Shown here piece after piece: positions 1 to 9,944 of a stretch of 64,000 nucleotides of DNA. A model generated the notes under the pieces. It was not told the DNA's origin. It saw nothing but the letters and a program-made list of their open reading frames with translations, and did no database searches. Where the stretch lies: NCBI GenBank assembly GCA_965250285.1, contig OZ252299.1, forward strand, positions 2,880,001 to 2,944,000, read 5' to 3'. The translations under genes and the position numbers were made by a program. The DNA comes from Myxococcota bacterium. GTDB taxonomy: Bacteria > Myxococcota_A > UBA9160 > UBA4427. The number at the start of each line of letters is the position of its first letter. Position 1 is the first letter of the stretch.

Positions 1-57
1 TACAAGCGGCTGTTGCGCGACAAGTACTGGGGCGAGCACACGTCGAAGATCGTGTGA
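1..57 (+). CDS. C-terminal end of an acyl-CoA synthetase/AMP-binding enzyme (partial, runs off the window)
   Basis: Frame 1 reads YKRLLRDKYWGEHTSKIV*, matching the GKLxKxxLRxxYW tail of acyl-CoA ligases (compare GKLQKFKLREKYW at the end of 8302..9891). Confidence 0.7.
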   Translation, partial: YKRLLRDKYWGEHTSKIV

Positions 58-150
58 CCCCTCGGCCAGCTCGCCCGCCGCGTGCAGTGACCCAGCGCAT
101 CGCCGACCCGATCGATGCGATCGGGGGGCGGCGCGAGGGCGGACGCCGCC

Positions 151-717
151 TCAGTCCGACACCGCCCCGTTGGCGCGCTCGCGCGCGGGCCAGTCGAACT
201 CGAGTGCCTTGTGATCGAAGTGCCCGGGCTCGATCCGCCCGCCGTGTTCGAGCTCGATCCCGGGTCCGACGACGCGCACGACGTAGTCGGCGGTCTTGCC
301 CAGGCGACGACAGGCTTTCACATAGTCGATGCCCACCCGGTAGACCCCCTCGAGGGGCTCTTCGAAGCGCACCGTCTCACGGCGTTCGTCACCCTCGCTG
401 GCGCGCTCACAGCGCACGTCGCGATCGAGGCGGTCGCCACGCGTGCTGGGTGAATTGCCGAAGTAGACGGTTTCGAGCAGCGGATCGGTGACGTGGAGGT
501 CGAGGTCGGCCGCCCCATCGAAGCGCAGCTCGACCTCGAGCGCGCCGGCGGGCCGAGCACCGAACGTGCTCGGCGAGAGTGCCGGCGCCTTCGCCGCGCA
601 GCCCCACAGCGGCCACCCGAGCGCACAGAAAGCCATTGCCACGAGGATTCGCGCCCGAAACGAGATAGATTGTCGAGACGCCTTCGAGCGGAGATCGTCG
701 CCATGCATCTCGGTCAT
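151..717 (-). CDS. Putative lipoprotein with YfaP/DUF2135-like domain
   Basis: Hydrophobic signal ending LWGC; motif ADLDLHVTDP...VYFGN...LDRD typical of DUF2135/YfaP. Start uncertain. Confidence 0.6.
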   Translation of the reverse strand: MTEMHGDDLRSKASRQSISFRARILVAMAFCALGWPLWGCAAKAPALSPSTFGARPAGALEVELRFDGAADLDLHVTDPLLETVYFGNSPSTRGDRLDRDVRCERASEGDERRETVRFEEPLEGVYRVGIDYVKACRRLGKTADYVVRVVGPGIELEHGGRIEPGHFDHKALEFDWPARERANGAVSD

Positions 718-777
718 CGCCCCCTTCTCGCCGCTGCGGCAGCCCGACCATCTTGTAGCAGCCGTTGGCTGCCCTCA

Positions 778-2652
778 ATGCGATGCGGCCGGTCGATCAG
801 CGCGCTGGTCTGTTCGCTCATGTTCGTGCTCGCGGCATCTGCTGCGCTCGCCACGTCGGAGCCGACCGCGGACCCCGCGCCCGACGCAGCCACCGCCGAT
901 CAAACGGCTCGGTTCGAGGGCACGGTGACCCACGCAGGCGCGCCGGTCGAGGGCGCCATGGTCACGTTCCGACGGGGCGAGCCCGCCCACACGTTGACCG
1001 TCTTCACCGACGAGCAAGGCCGCTTCGCTTCCCCGCCCATGGCCTTCGACGGCGGCTATCAGCTGCGCGTGCGGCGGCTCGGCTGGCGCGACCTCGTGAT
1101 CGACGGCGCCGCGCCGGGCGCGACGCCGGCCCAGCTCGAGCTCGAGCTCGAGCGCGAAACCGACGCGGCGCGGCTCGCCGAGACGCTCCCCGCGAACCAG
1201 TGGTACGGCCTCGTCCTCGATCGGATCGACGACGACGCGCACCGCACCGAGCTCAAGCAGCAGTGCACGTACTGCCACCAGCAGGGCAACTGGGCGACGC
1301 ATCGCGCGCGACCCCGCGAAGCGTGGGAGAAGCTGATCCTGCTGATGGGGCGACGCGGCGCCATGATCTCGCGCGATCTACGAGAGCAGCTGCCCGACAT
1401 CATGATCGAGGCCTACGCACCCGAGAACGCCCTGCCCGCCCTGACGGCCGGCATGGAAGATCCGGGCTTCGCCCCCGATCGCTCACCCGAAGTGCGGCGC
1501 GCCGTGATCGAAGAGTGGGAGCTCGGGGGACGCGCCTCGAATCAGCACGACATGATGGTCCACCCGAGCGGCGTGATCTATTCGGTCGACATGCCGCAGG
1601 ACGAGCTGCACCGGCTCGACCCCGCGGTGGCCGGCGGTGCGCGCGAGTCGTTCGAGATCCCGCGCGGCGACCTCGAGCCAGGCGGGGTGTTCGCGAGCGC
1701 CAACCGTCCCACGTCGACGTCCGACTCGTACGTCGGTCCGCACTCTTTGCAGACCGCCCCCGATGGCTCCGTCTGGATCACGCTCTCGCTCGGCAACCAG
1801 CTCGCGCGCTTCGATCATGAGACGAGCGAGTGGACGATCCACGAGCTCGACAGCGGCATCTACCCGCACACGCTGCGCTTCGATCAACGCGGTCGAATCT
1901 GGTACACGATGGCCGCGTCGAATCACGTCGGCATGTTCGATCCCGCGACGAACGAGCAGCGCCACATTCGCTTGCCGTCTTCGACCTGGCAGCAGGAGAT
2001 CATCCTGCGCTCGATGCCGTTCATCCTCTGGGTCGGCCGCCACATCGACATTCGCGGGCAGGCCAGCGAGGGCGACGGTCTCAAGATGCCCGTGCCCTAC
2101 GGCATCGACATCGCGCCGGACGGCGGCGTCTGGTTCAGCCAGCTCAACGAGCACCGCATCGGACGCATCGACCCCGATACGTTCGAGCTCGAGATGATCG
2201 ATACGCCCTTCGCAACGCCACGCCGCCTGCGCTTCGACAGCGAGGGAAGGCTGTGGATCCCCGGGTTCGCCGACAGCCTGATCGCCCGATTCGACCTCGA
2301 GTCGCGGGCGTTCGAGACCTGGCCCCTGCCCATCGAGCCCCTCGGCACCGAGGTCCCCTATGCGCTGGCGGTGCAGCCGGGCACGGATCACGTCTGGATC
2401 TGCGGAACGAACAGCGACACGATGATCCGCTTCGAGCCCGAGCACGAGCGCTTCACGGTCTACCCCATGCCCACCCGCGTGACCTACACGCGAGAGATCG
2501 ACTTCGACGCAGAAGGGCGGGTGTGGACGTCGAACTCGAACGGCCCGACGTGGCAGATCGAACGGGGCGTGCCCCAGGTGATTCGCATCGATCCCGGCTC
2601 GGGCGAGGCGACGGGCGCTCGTCTGGCCGAGCACGGCCCGCCGGAGCGCTGA
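778..2652 (+). CDS. Secreted carboxypeptidase-regulatory-like domain + monoheme cytochrome c + Vgb (virginiamycin B lyase)-like beta-propeller protein
   Basis: Signal peptide; GTVTHAGAPVEGAMV...TDEQGRF (CarboxypepD_reg-like); CTYCH heme motif; repeated PH/PYGIDIAPDGGVWF...IGRIDP propeller blades. Confidence 0.8.
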   Translation: MRCGRSISALVCSLMFVLAASAALATSEPTADPAPDAATADQTARFEGTVTHAGAPVEGAMVTFRRGEPAHTLTVFTDEQGRFASPPMAFDGGYQLRVRRLGWRDLVIDGAAPGATPAQLELELERETDAARLAETLPANQWYGLVLDRIDDDAHRTELKQQCTYCHQQGNWATHRARPREAWEKLILLMGRRGAMISRDLREQLPDIMIEAYAPENALPALTAGMEDPGFAPDRSPEVRRAVIEEWELGGRASNQHDMMVHPSGVIYSVDMPQDELHRLDPAVAGGARESFEIPRGDLEPGGVFASANRPTSTSDSYVGPHSLQTAPDGSVWITLSLGNQLARFDHETSEWTIHELDSGIYPHTLRFDQRGRIWYTMAASNHVGMFDPATNEQRHIRLPSSTWQQEIILRSMPFILWVGRHIDIRGQASEGDGLKMPVPYGIDIAPDGGVWFSQLNEHRIGRIDPDTFELEMIDTPFATPRRLRFDSEGRLWIPGFADSLIARFDLESRAFETWPLPIEPLGTEVPYALAVQPGTDHVWICGTNSDTMIRFEPEHERFTVYPMPTRVTYTREIDFDAEGRVWTSNSNGPTWQIERGVPQVIRIDPGSGEATGARLAEHGPPER

Positions 2653-2665
2653 GCCCCGGGCCGGG

Positions 2666-3223
2666 CTAGATGCCGCGCCCCATCGAGGCGGGCGTCGGGC
2701 CAGCGGCGTCGCCTCGATCGTGATCGCGCAGGAACGAGCGGAAGTCGCTCGCCGATCCCACGAAGACCTTGATGAACTCGGTGATGATGAGGTCGGTCAT
2801 CCCCGCGTTGGCGAGCAGGTCGGCCTCGAGCACCGGATCGGCTTCGCCGTCGATGTAGGCGCGCGAGAGGCGACGGCGCATGTTCCACTGATTGATGTCT
2901 TCGGTGGTCACGTTCACGCCGGTGATCCCGAAATAGAGCTGGAGATCGCCGTCGTCGTAGAGGAAGAGCACATACTGGCTGCCGTCGGCCTTGAAGAGCA
3001 CGCGGTTCTCTTCTCGCTCGACGCTGCCATAGCCCTCGCCGCGCACGAGTCGCTCGAGCTCTTTGGCATCGTAGCGCCGCAAGCGCTCCTCGGATTCGTC
3101 GGCCGAAGCCAGTGAAGGCATCCACAGCGCGGCCAGCACGATCGCGGCGAGGCCGACGCGCGCACCCCGCTTGACGAGCGCAACGAGACGCCCACTGGTT
3201 GCATGTCGAACGTGCGTAGCCAT
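2666..3223 (-). CDS. YbjN-domain (sensory transduction regulator-like) protein with N-terminal signal
   Basis: GGAGGAGG RBS before ATG at 3223; INQWNMRRRLSRAYID..DPVLEADL is YbjN-like. Confidence 0.7.
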   Translation of the reverse strand: MATHVRHATSGRLVALVKRGARVGLAAIVLAALWMPSLASADESEERLRRYDAKELERLVRGEGYGSVEREENRVLFKADGSQYVLFLYDDGDLQLYFGITGVNVTTEDINQWNMRRRLSRAYIDGEADPVLEADLLANAGMTDLIITEFIKVFVGSASDFRSFLRDHDRGDAAGPTPASMGRGI

Positions 3224-3421
3224 GCGTCCTCCTCCGAGCCCGTACACCGCGACGACGCCACGGTCTCATTCGCGCATCGGGTGCACGGGGGCTGCAGTTG
3301 AGGATGGCGCGCACGCGCGCTCGGTTCGAAGCGAACGCGCGCGCATCAGACGCAAGTCGAGTGCAAGTCAGCGGTAGGAGCGCGGCAGGTGCGACGGCCG
3401 CAGTCGCGGCGCGGCCGGCTT

Positions 3422-4162
3422 TCAGCGACCGCGTTGGGCGCGGTTGCGGAAGCCCTTGCGGGGGCCGGGCACATGGCCCTGACGCATCGAGGCCGGCAGC
3501 TTCTCGAGCTTGAGCCCGTACCACTGGGTCCCGAAGCGCTTCATGTTGAGCTTCTTGTTGTTCTGGAGCCGCAACAGGTTGTCCTTGGTCGACTCGCTCG
3601 AAGACTCGACCTTGAGCGCCTTCTGCAGCTGCTCGATCGCCGCCTCACGCTCGCCTTCCTTCGAGAGAATGAACGCATAGACGTGGTAGAGCAGGATCTG
3701 CTTCTTGTTTGCCCGGATCGCGACGTCGAGCACTTCCTTCGCTTCGTCGACCTTCTTGCGGCGGTAGAGCAGCGCGGCGCGGGCGAGCTGGGCGTCGGGT
3801 ACGCGGAGCCCCGCCTTCTGGAGATACTCGAGCGCCTGATCGTCCTTGTCGGTCGCGTACGCGATCAGCCCCATCTGTGCATGGATCTGTCCCGACAGGA
3901 GCACCTGCCAGCGCGCGAGCGGCAGCAGCTCTTCGAGGCTCTTGATCGCGTTCTGGTGCGCGCCCGATTGCAGCTGGCGACCGATCTGTTCGAAGGCGGG
4001 TTCGATGCGCTTGGCAAGCACGCGCGAGGTCAACACGAAAGTGACGATCGCCACCAGCGCGCCGAGGATGATGCCCATCGCCCAGGTCTTCCAGAAGCCC
4101 GCAAAGGTGTACCCCGCGCCCACGGCCGCGCCGAGCAGGATGGAGACGATGATGGTGTACAC
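3422..4162 (-). CDS. Membrane-anchored tetratricopeptide repeat protein
   Basis: Two N-terminal TM helices then helical A/L/Y-patterned TPR-like repeats; GGAGG upstream of GTG at 4162. Confidence 0.75.
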   Translation of the reverse strand: MYTIIVSILLGAAVGAGYTFAGFWKTWAMGIILGALVAIVTFVLTSRVLAKRIEPAFEQIGRQLQSGAHQNAIKSLEELLPLARWQVLLSGQIHAQMGLIAYATDKDDQALEYLQKAGLRVPDAQLARAALLYRRKKVDEAKEVLDVAIRANKKQILLYHVYAFILSKEGEREAAIEQLQKALKVESSSESTKDNLLRLQNNKKLNMKRFGTQWYGLKLEKLPASMRQGHVPGPRKGFRNRAQRGR

Positions 4163-4483
4163 GCTGGTGTAGGCCTCCGCGCCCCGGGGTGAACACACGC
4201 GACGCGCGAAGGATGCGCGCGCCCCCGGGTTTCGACAGGGCGCGGAATCTACCGGACCTGCGCTTGAGCTGCATACGCGTTCGCAGGCGAAGCCAGAACT
4301 GTGCGGAGAGCAGCCCTGAAGGCGGCTTCCGGCGATCTTCGTCACCCAGTCGTCGACTTGATCCGCCGCTCAGCTGATATCATGCGCGGCGTTGCGATCG
4401 GATCGCCGAACCAGGCCGTGTGTCGAGCTGGCCGCGCTGCCCCGCGACGCCCGAGACAGAACCCCACGACGCCTGGACGATGT

Positions 4484-7438
4484 ATGCGAGTCCGAGATCT
4501 CTCTGCCCTGACCTTCCGCTCACTCGGACTGGCTTTCGTCTTCACCGCGTTCGTCGCACACGGAGCGTCTGCGACGACCGACAGCTGCCCGACGGATGAT
4601 CCGCGGCCGGTCTTTGCCGGTCACAACTTTCCGCTCGACACCTCGCTCACGCCGACCGCACTCCGGTCGGTCGAGGCGTATCCCAACCTCCCGGGCTTCG
4701 CGTTTCCCTCGGATGTCGTCTCGGCGAACGACGGCACGGGCCGACTCTTCGTCGTCGAGGGCCCCGGACGCATTCGCACCTTCGTCGACGATCCCGAAGC
4801 GCAGTCGGTCACGACGTGGCTCGACATCCGATCGCAAAGCGCCCCACTCGGACCGCCCTTCCACAATGGCTTCGGCAGTGAGCTCGGGCTGCTCGGCCTC
4901 GCCTTCGACCCCGACTTCGCGAATCCCGCAAGCGACCACTACGGCGAGTTCTACGTGAACTACGCAGCCGAGGGCACCGCCCAAGGATCGGCGCGGCCAC
5001 AGGACGACTGCGGCGGCTCGCCCTACTGCACGAAGATCGTCCGCTACCGCGTCGCCGACCACACGCAGCCAAGCGTCGACATCTCGACGGGTGAGCTCGT
5101 CATGCAGTTCCGGCAGCCCTTCGGCAATCACAACGCCGGGCACATGCACTTCAGCCCCGATCCGAACGACCCGTACCTCTACATCTCGAGCGGTGACGGC
5201 GGCAGCGGCGGCGACCCGAACGAAGACGGGCAGAACACGTCGACGCTGCTCGGCGCCATTCTGCGCATCGACGTGCGGGGCCAGAGCACGTACGCGATCC
5301 CGCCGGACAACCCGTTCGCAGACGGCGTCGGAGGCAAGCCCGAGATCTACCACTGGGGCCTGCGCAACCCGTATCGCATGAAGTTCGACAGCGAGCCTCC
5401 GTACGACCTGTGGATCGGGGATGTCGGCCAGGGAGCGTGGGAAGAGGTCGACCGAGCCCCGGGTGGCGTCGCTGGGCTGAACTTCGGTTGGGATCTCTGC
5501 GAAGGCACGAAGATTCATCCCGACCAGAACCCCGACAAGCCGTGCACCGAAGAGAGCTTCAACTCGCTCTCGGTCGGCATTCAGGATGGGCGCAGCTGGC
5601 CGAGCGAAGACCCCACGCCCCCCGTGATCGAGTATCCGCGCGCCGGGGGGGCTGCCGTGGTCGGCGGGCCGGTCTATCGCGGCAGCGCGCTGCCCGAGCT
5701 CTACGGCCAGTACGTCTTCGCCGACTACAGCTCAGGGGGGATCTTTTCGTGGGACCGCTCGACCGTCGACCCCGTGAGCGGGTTGGGGACGCGTGAGACG
5801 TTGACGACCGGCGGCGGGCTGGCCTCGGCGATCGGCGAGGATGCGAACGGCGAGCTGTTGATCGTGCGCTACAGCGGTAGCGCGCGCTTGCATCGACTCG
5901 AGTATGCAGACACACCCGGTGGAGGCTTCCCTGAGGTGCTCTCGGAGACCGGGCTCTTCGATGACGTCGCGACGCTGACCCCCGCACCGGGCATGATCGA
6001 GTACGAGGTCGCCGCCCCCTTCTGGAGCGACAACGCCTTGAAGCGGCGATGGATCGCGCTTCCGGCCGACGAAACGATCGAGTTCTCGGCCCGCGACAGC
6101 TGGGACTTCCCGGTCGGCACGGTGCTCGTCAAGCACTTCGCGTTGCCCACGGGCGACACCGAGGTCGCGCTCGAGACGCGCATCTTCATTCGTCAGAACG
6201 ACGACTGGCTCGGCTTCACGTATTGGCACGACGGCTCGGGCGACGCCGTCCTGCTCACGCGTTCGGTCGCGCTCGAGGTCGAGTGGGAAGAGGACGGCGA
6301 GCCGAAGGCCCAGACCTGGACGATCCCGTCGCCTTCCGAGTGCTTCTCGTGTCACACCGAGGCCGCGGGTCGCGTGCTCGGTGTTCGAACGGGCCAGCTC
6401 AACCGACTCGACCCCGATGGCTGGGATCAGCTGGAGCGCTGGAGCTGCCGGGATCTGTTCCGGTACCGCATCGGGTGGTCATCGGACTTCGAGGCCTGGG
6501 CCGCCCCCGACGATGTCGGCGCCCATCCCCAGGAGCAGGCGCGCGCCCACCTCGCCAGCAACTGCGCGATGTGCCACCAGCCCGAGGGCCCGGCCCTGGG
6601 CCAGATGGACATGCGCATCCACACCCGTCTCGGTGACATGAACCTGATCGGCGTCGAGGCGTCGTTCGGCGATCTCGGCGTGCCCGCGACGGCGCTGCGC
6701 ATCGAGGCGGGCGACCATGCAGCGAGCGTGCTGTGGCAGCGCATGGCCACGAGCGATGCAGGCGTGCGCATGCCCCGCGGCACGCTGATCCCCGACCCGG
6801 TGCACGTCCCGATCCTCGCCGCGTTCATCGACGGGCTCCCGACCGACCCGAACCTGCTCGACAGCGACCTCGACGGGCTCGGCGACGGGCCGGGCGGCGA
6901 CAACTGCCCCGACGTCGCCAACGCGGATCAGCTCGACAGCGATGACGACGGTGAGGGCGACGCCTGCGATCCCGAGTGGGCCCCCGATCTCTTCGGCGCC
7001 GTGACGGCCGCACCGCAGGTGCAGGTCGGCACGACGACCACGGCTCGACTCGATGCGCTCAACGCGGGCGTCAGCGACGCCCCATCGACCCAGATGACGC
7101 TCTATCTGTCCGAGGACGCCACGTTCGACCCCGATACGGACCCGCTCGTCGGCGGCTGTCGCGCCCCCTCGACGCGTCCATTCGGCCCCGCCGCTTGCCT
7201 CGACACGGCCGTCGAAGTCCCTGCCGAGCTCGCCGACCTGATGGACGAGCAAGAAGAGACGTTCTTCTGGATCTCCTGTGCGGACGAGCCCGATGCGGTG
7301 TTCGAGCGCAACGAGCAGAACAACTGCACGCCCGAGCCGGTGGTCGTCCGCATCCCCGAGCCGAGCAGCTCGATGCAGGCGGTCTTCGGGCTGGCGACGC
7401 TGATCGCGCTGCGCATGCGATCCCGCAGGCGGCGCTGA
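4484..7438 (+). CDS. PQQ-dependent sugar dehydrogenase (GSDH-type) fused to diheme cytochrome c, TSP3 repeats, CARDB-like domain and PEP-CTERM sorting signal
   Basis: ELGLLGLAFDPDF, QPFGNHNAG, GDGG, WGLRNPYR, GDVGQGAWEEVD (GSDH); PFWSDNALKRRW/FPVGTVLVKHF with CFSCH and CAMCH; DNCPDVANADQLDSDDDGEGDACD; C-terminal IPEP + hydrophobic helix + RRRR. Confidence 0.85.
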   Translation: MRVRDLSALTFRSLGLAFVFTAFVAHGASATTDSCPTDDPRPVFAGHNFPLDTSLTPTALRSVEAYPNLPGFAFPSDVVSANDGTGRLFVVEGPGRIRTFVDDPEAQSVTTWLDIRSQSAPLGPPFHNGFGSELGLLGLAFDPDFANPASDHYGEFYVNYAAEGTAQGSARPQDDCGGSPYCTKIVRYRVADHTQPSVDISTGELVMQFRQPFGNHNAGHMHFSPDPNDPYLYISSGDGGSGGDPNEDGQNTSTLLGAILRIDVRGQSTYAIPPDNPFADGVGGKPEIYHWGLRNPYRMKFDSEPPYDLWIGDVGQGAWEEVDRAPGGVAGLNFGWDLCEGTKIHPDQNPDKPCTEESFNSLSVGIQDGRSWPSEDPTPPVIEYPRAGGAAVVGGPVYRGSALPELYGQYVFADYSSGGIFSWDRSTVDPVSGLGTRETLTTGGGLASAIGEDANGELLIVRYSGSARLHRLEYADTPGGGFPEVLSETGLFDDVATLTPAPGMIEYEVAAPFWSDNALKRRWIALPADETIEFSARDSWDFPVGTVLVKHFALPTGDTEVALETRIFIRQNDDWLGFTYWHDGSGDAVLLTRSVALEVEWEEDGEPKAQTWTIPSPSECFSCHTEAAGRVLGVRTGQLNRLDPDGWDQLERWSCRDLFRYRIGWSSDFEAWAAPDDVGAHPQEQARAHLASNCAMCHQPEGPALGQMDMRIHTRLGDMNLIGVEASFGDLGVPATALRIEAGDHAASVLWQRMATSDAGVRMPRGTLIPDPVHVPILAAFIDGLPTDPNLLDSDLDGLGDGPGGDNCPDVANADQLDSDDDGEGDACDPEWAPDLFGAVTAAPQVQVGTTTTARLDALNAGVSDAPSTQMTLYLSEDATFDPDTDPLVGGCRAPSTRPFGPAACLDTAVEVPAELADLMDEQEETFFWISCADEPDAVFERNEQNNCTPEPVVVRIPEPSSSMQAVFGLATLIALRMRSRRRR

Positions 7439-7507
7439 ACAAAGCCTCGGTTTGTGGGCGAGCCCGTACCCCGGGCGATCACGGCTCACCCGAAGCAGAC
7501 GGCTCGC

Positions 7508-8086
7508 TCAGGCGACCTCGGAAGCGCTCGTGATGATGCTGCCGACCAGGCCGTACTCGAGCGCCTGGGGTGCATCCATCCAGAAGTTGCGGTCGCTGTC
7601 CGAGGCGACACGCTCGACGCTCTGACCGGTCTCGGTCGAGATCAGCGTGTTGATGCGCTCGCGCAGCTTCAGGATCTCTTCGGCGGCGATGCGAATGTCG
7701 GAGGCCTGACCGCCGGCGCCGCCCGAGGGCTGATGCAGCAGGAAGCGCGTGTTCGGGAGCGAGTAGCGATGCTCCTTCGGCGCGGAGAGAAGGATTGGAA
7801 CACCGATGCTCGCCACCCAGCCCGCTCCGATCGTGCGGATGGGGGACGTCACGTATCGCAGCAGATCGTGGATCGCGAAGCCCGAGTCGACGTGCCCGCC
7901 CTGACTCGTGACCATGATGCGGATCGGCTCGTGGTTCTCGGCATCGAGCACCAGCACCTGACCCATGACACGCTCGGCGAGCTTCTCGTTCACCTCGCCC
8001 GAGACCAGCACCGTGCGCGTCGCGAGCATGCGCGCAATCAGGTTCTCGCCGCCCTGCTTCTCTTCGTTGTTCTCGGCGTCGGCCAT
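7508..8086 (-). CDS. clpP: ATP-dependent Clp protease proteolytic subunit (Ser-His-Asn, ClpP1-like)
   Basis: SQGG, GWVASIG (Ser), LPNTRFLLHQP (His), DSDRNFWM (Asn at the usual Asp position), EYGLV. Confidence 0.92.
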   Translation of the reverse strand: MADAENNEEKQGGENLIARMLATRTVLVSGEVNEKLAERVMGQVLVLDAENHEPIRIMVTSQGGHVDSGFAIHDLLRYVTSPIRTIGAGWVASIGVPILLSAPKEHRYSLPNTRFLLHQPSGGAGGQASDIRIAAEEILKLRERINTLISTETGQSVERVASDSDRNFWMDAPQALEYGLVGSIITSASEVA

Positions 8087-8301
8087 CGCCTGCCTGTGAT
8101 GCCGCTCGATCCGGTGCGTTGCCATGGACGGTCTCCCACCTCTCTGGCGGCACCAGCGGCACCGCTCCCTTGCCTCGATCTGCGCGCCGGACGGTAGCAG
8201 GACACCGGCCGACCGGGAGGTGCGCACCCCGAGACCGCGCGGATACACTCGCGGGCCCGCCACCGGTTCGCTCCGAGGTGGCCCAGAAGGAGGAGGGGAT
8301 C

Positions 8302-9891
8302 GTGGAAGTCCCGCTGCTCGTCGATGATTTCCTGCGCCGCGCCGCCACCGTCTATGCGGACAAGACCGCCGTGGTCGACGGCGATCTGCGCTTCACGTAC
8401 CGCGAGCTGCAGGCCCGCGTGAACCAGCTGTCGCGGGCGCTCCTCGAAGCCGGCATCGAGCCGGGCGATCGCGTCTGCATCTTGAGCCCCAACTCGCACT
8501 TCTTCCTCGAGAGCTTCTACGCCACGGCCCAGGTCGGCATCATCCTCGTTCCGCTGAACTACCGGCTGGTCGCGGCCGATCACGAGTACATCCTGAACCA
8601 CGCCGGCGTACGCGCCGTGCTCGTCGACTGGGAGTACACGAAGGTCATCGACGAGATCCGAGGCCAGCTGCCGATGGTCGAGCACTGGATCGTGGCCAAG
8701 GACGGGTTGCCTCACGAAGGCGAGACCCCCGACGGCTGGACCGACTGGAACGAGCTGATCGCGGATGAAGCCACGAAGGCCCCGCCCGAGGTGCCGCGCA
8801 ACGAGAACGACGTGGTCTCGATCAACTACACGTCGGGCACGACCGCGCGGCCCAAGGGCGTGATGCTCACGCATCGCAACTGCTACCTGAATGCGCTGCA
8901 CTTCTGCATCCACCTGCGATTGGGGCACGAGGACGTCGAGCTCTGGACGCTGCCGATGTTCCACTGCAACGGCTGGGGCGGTGTCTATGCGCTCACGGGT
9001 GTCGCAGGCACGCACGTCATTCTGCGCGCCATCGACGGCCAGCGGATCCACGAGCTGATCGAGCACGAGAAGGTCACGTTCGCCTGCATGGCCCCGGCGG
9101 TCCTGCGGACCGTGCTCGACTATGAAGACGCGGCGAAGCACGACATCACGACCAAGCCACGATTCGTCGTCGCGGGAGCGCCGCCGCCGGCGGCCTTCAT
9201 CGAGCGCCTCGAGAAGGAGCGCGGCTGGCAGTTCATCGAGATCTACGGGCTGACCGAGACGACCCCCATCCTGACGGCGCAGCATCCCGACGCGAACACG
9301 GCACCCGACGACTGGACCCGGCGCGCGAGCGCGGGCGTCCCGGTGATCGGCGTGCGCGTCGGTGTGTTCGACGAGAACGGCCGACCGGTGCCGAAGGACG
9401 GCGAGACCCAGGGTGAGGTCTGCGCGCGGTCGAACGTGGTCTTCAAGGGCTACTACGAGCAGCCCGAACAGACCGACGCGGCCATCGTCGACGGCTGGTT
9501 CCATACGGGTGACCTCGGCGTCTGGGACGAGCACGAGACGATCTTCATCGTGGACCGAAAGAAGGACGTGATCATCTCGGGCGGCGAGAACATCTCGTCA
9601 CCCGAGATCGAGGACGCCCTCTTCCAGAACCCCGAGATCCTCGAATGCGCGGTCATCGGCGTCCCCCATGAGAAGTGGGGCGAGACGCCCAAGGCCCTCG
9701 TCGTGTTGAAGCCGGATTCGAGCGAGACGGTCGAATCGCTGATGGCGTTCTGCAAGGAGAACCTGGCCGGGTTCAAGCGACCGACGTCGATCGAGATCGT
9801 CGACGAGCTGCCGCGCACCGCGACGGGCAAGCTCCAGAAGTTCAAGCTCAGGGAGAAGTACTGGGACGGCGTCGGCAAGCGCGTGAACTAG
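8302..9891 (+). CDS. Long-chain fatty acid--CoA ligase
   Basis: YTSGTTARPKGV P-loop, YGLTE, WFHTGD, DRKKDVIISGGENI, LPRTATGK; AGGAGG RBS. Confidence 0.93.
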   Translation: MEVPLLVDDFLRRAATVYADKTAVVDGDLRFTYRELQARVNQLSRALLEAGIEPGDRVCILSPNSHFFLESFYATAQVGIILVPLNYRLVAADHEYILNHAGVRAVLVDWEYTKVIDEIRGQLPMVEHWIVAKDGLPHEGETPDGWTDWNELIADEATKAPPEVPRNENDVVSINYTSGTTARPKGVMLTHRNCYLNALHFCIHLRLGHEDVELWTLPMFHCNGWGGVYALTGVAGTHVILRAIDGQRIHELIEHEKVTFACMAPAVLRTVLDYEDAAKHDITTKPRFVVAGAPPPAAFIERLEKERGWQFIEIYGLTETTPILTAQHPDANTAPDDWTRRASAGVPVIGVRVGVFDENGRPVPKDGETQGEVCARSNVVFKGYYEQPEQTDAAIVDGWFHTGDLGVWDEHETIFIVDRKKDVIISGGENISSPEIEDALFQNPEILECAVIGVPHEKWGETPKALVVLKPDSSETVESLMAFCKENLAGFKRPTSIEIVDELPRTATGKLQKFKLREKYWDGVGKRVN

Positions 9892-9944
9892 CGGCTTCCC
9901 GCGCATGCGGCGCAGCGCCGTATCGATCGGCGCCGAAGCCGCGC

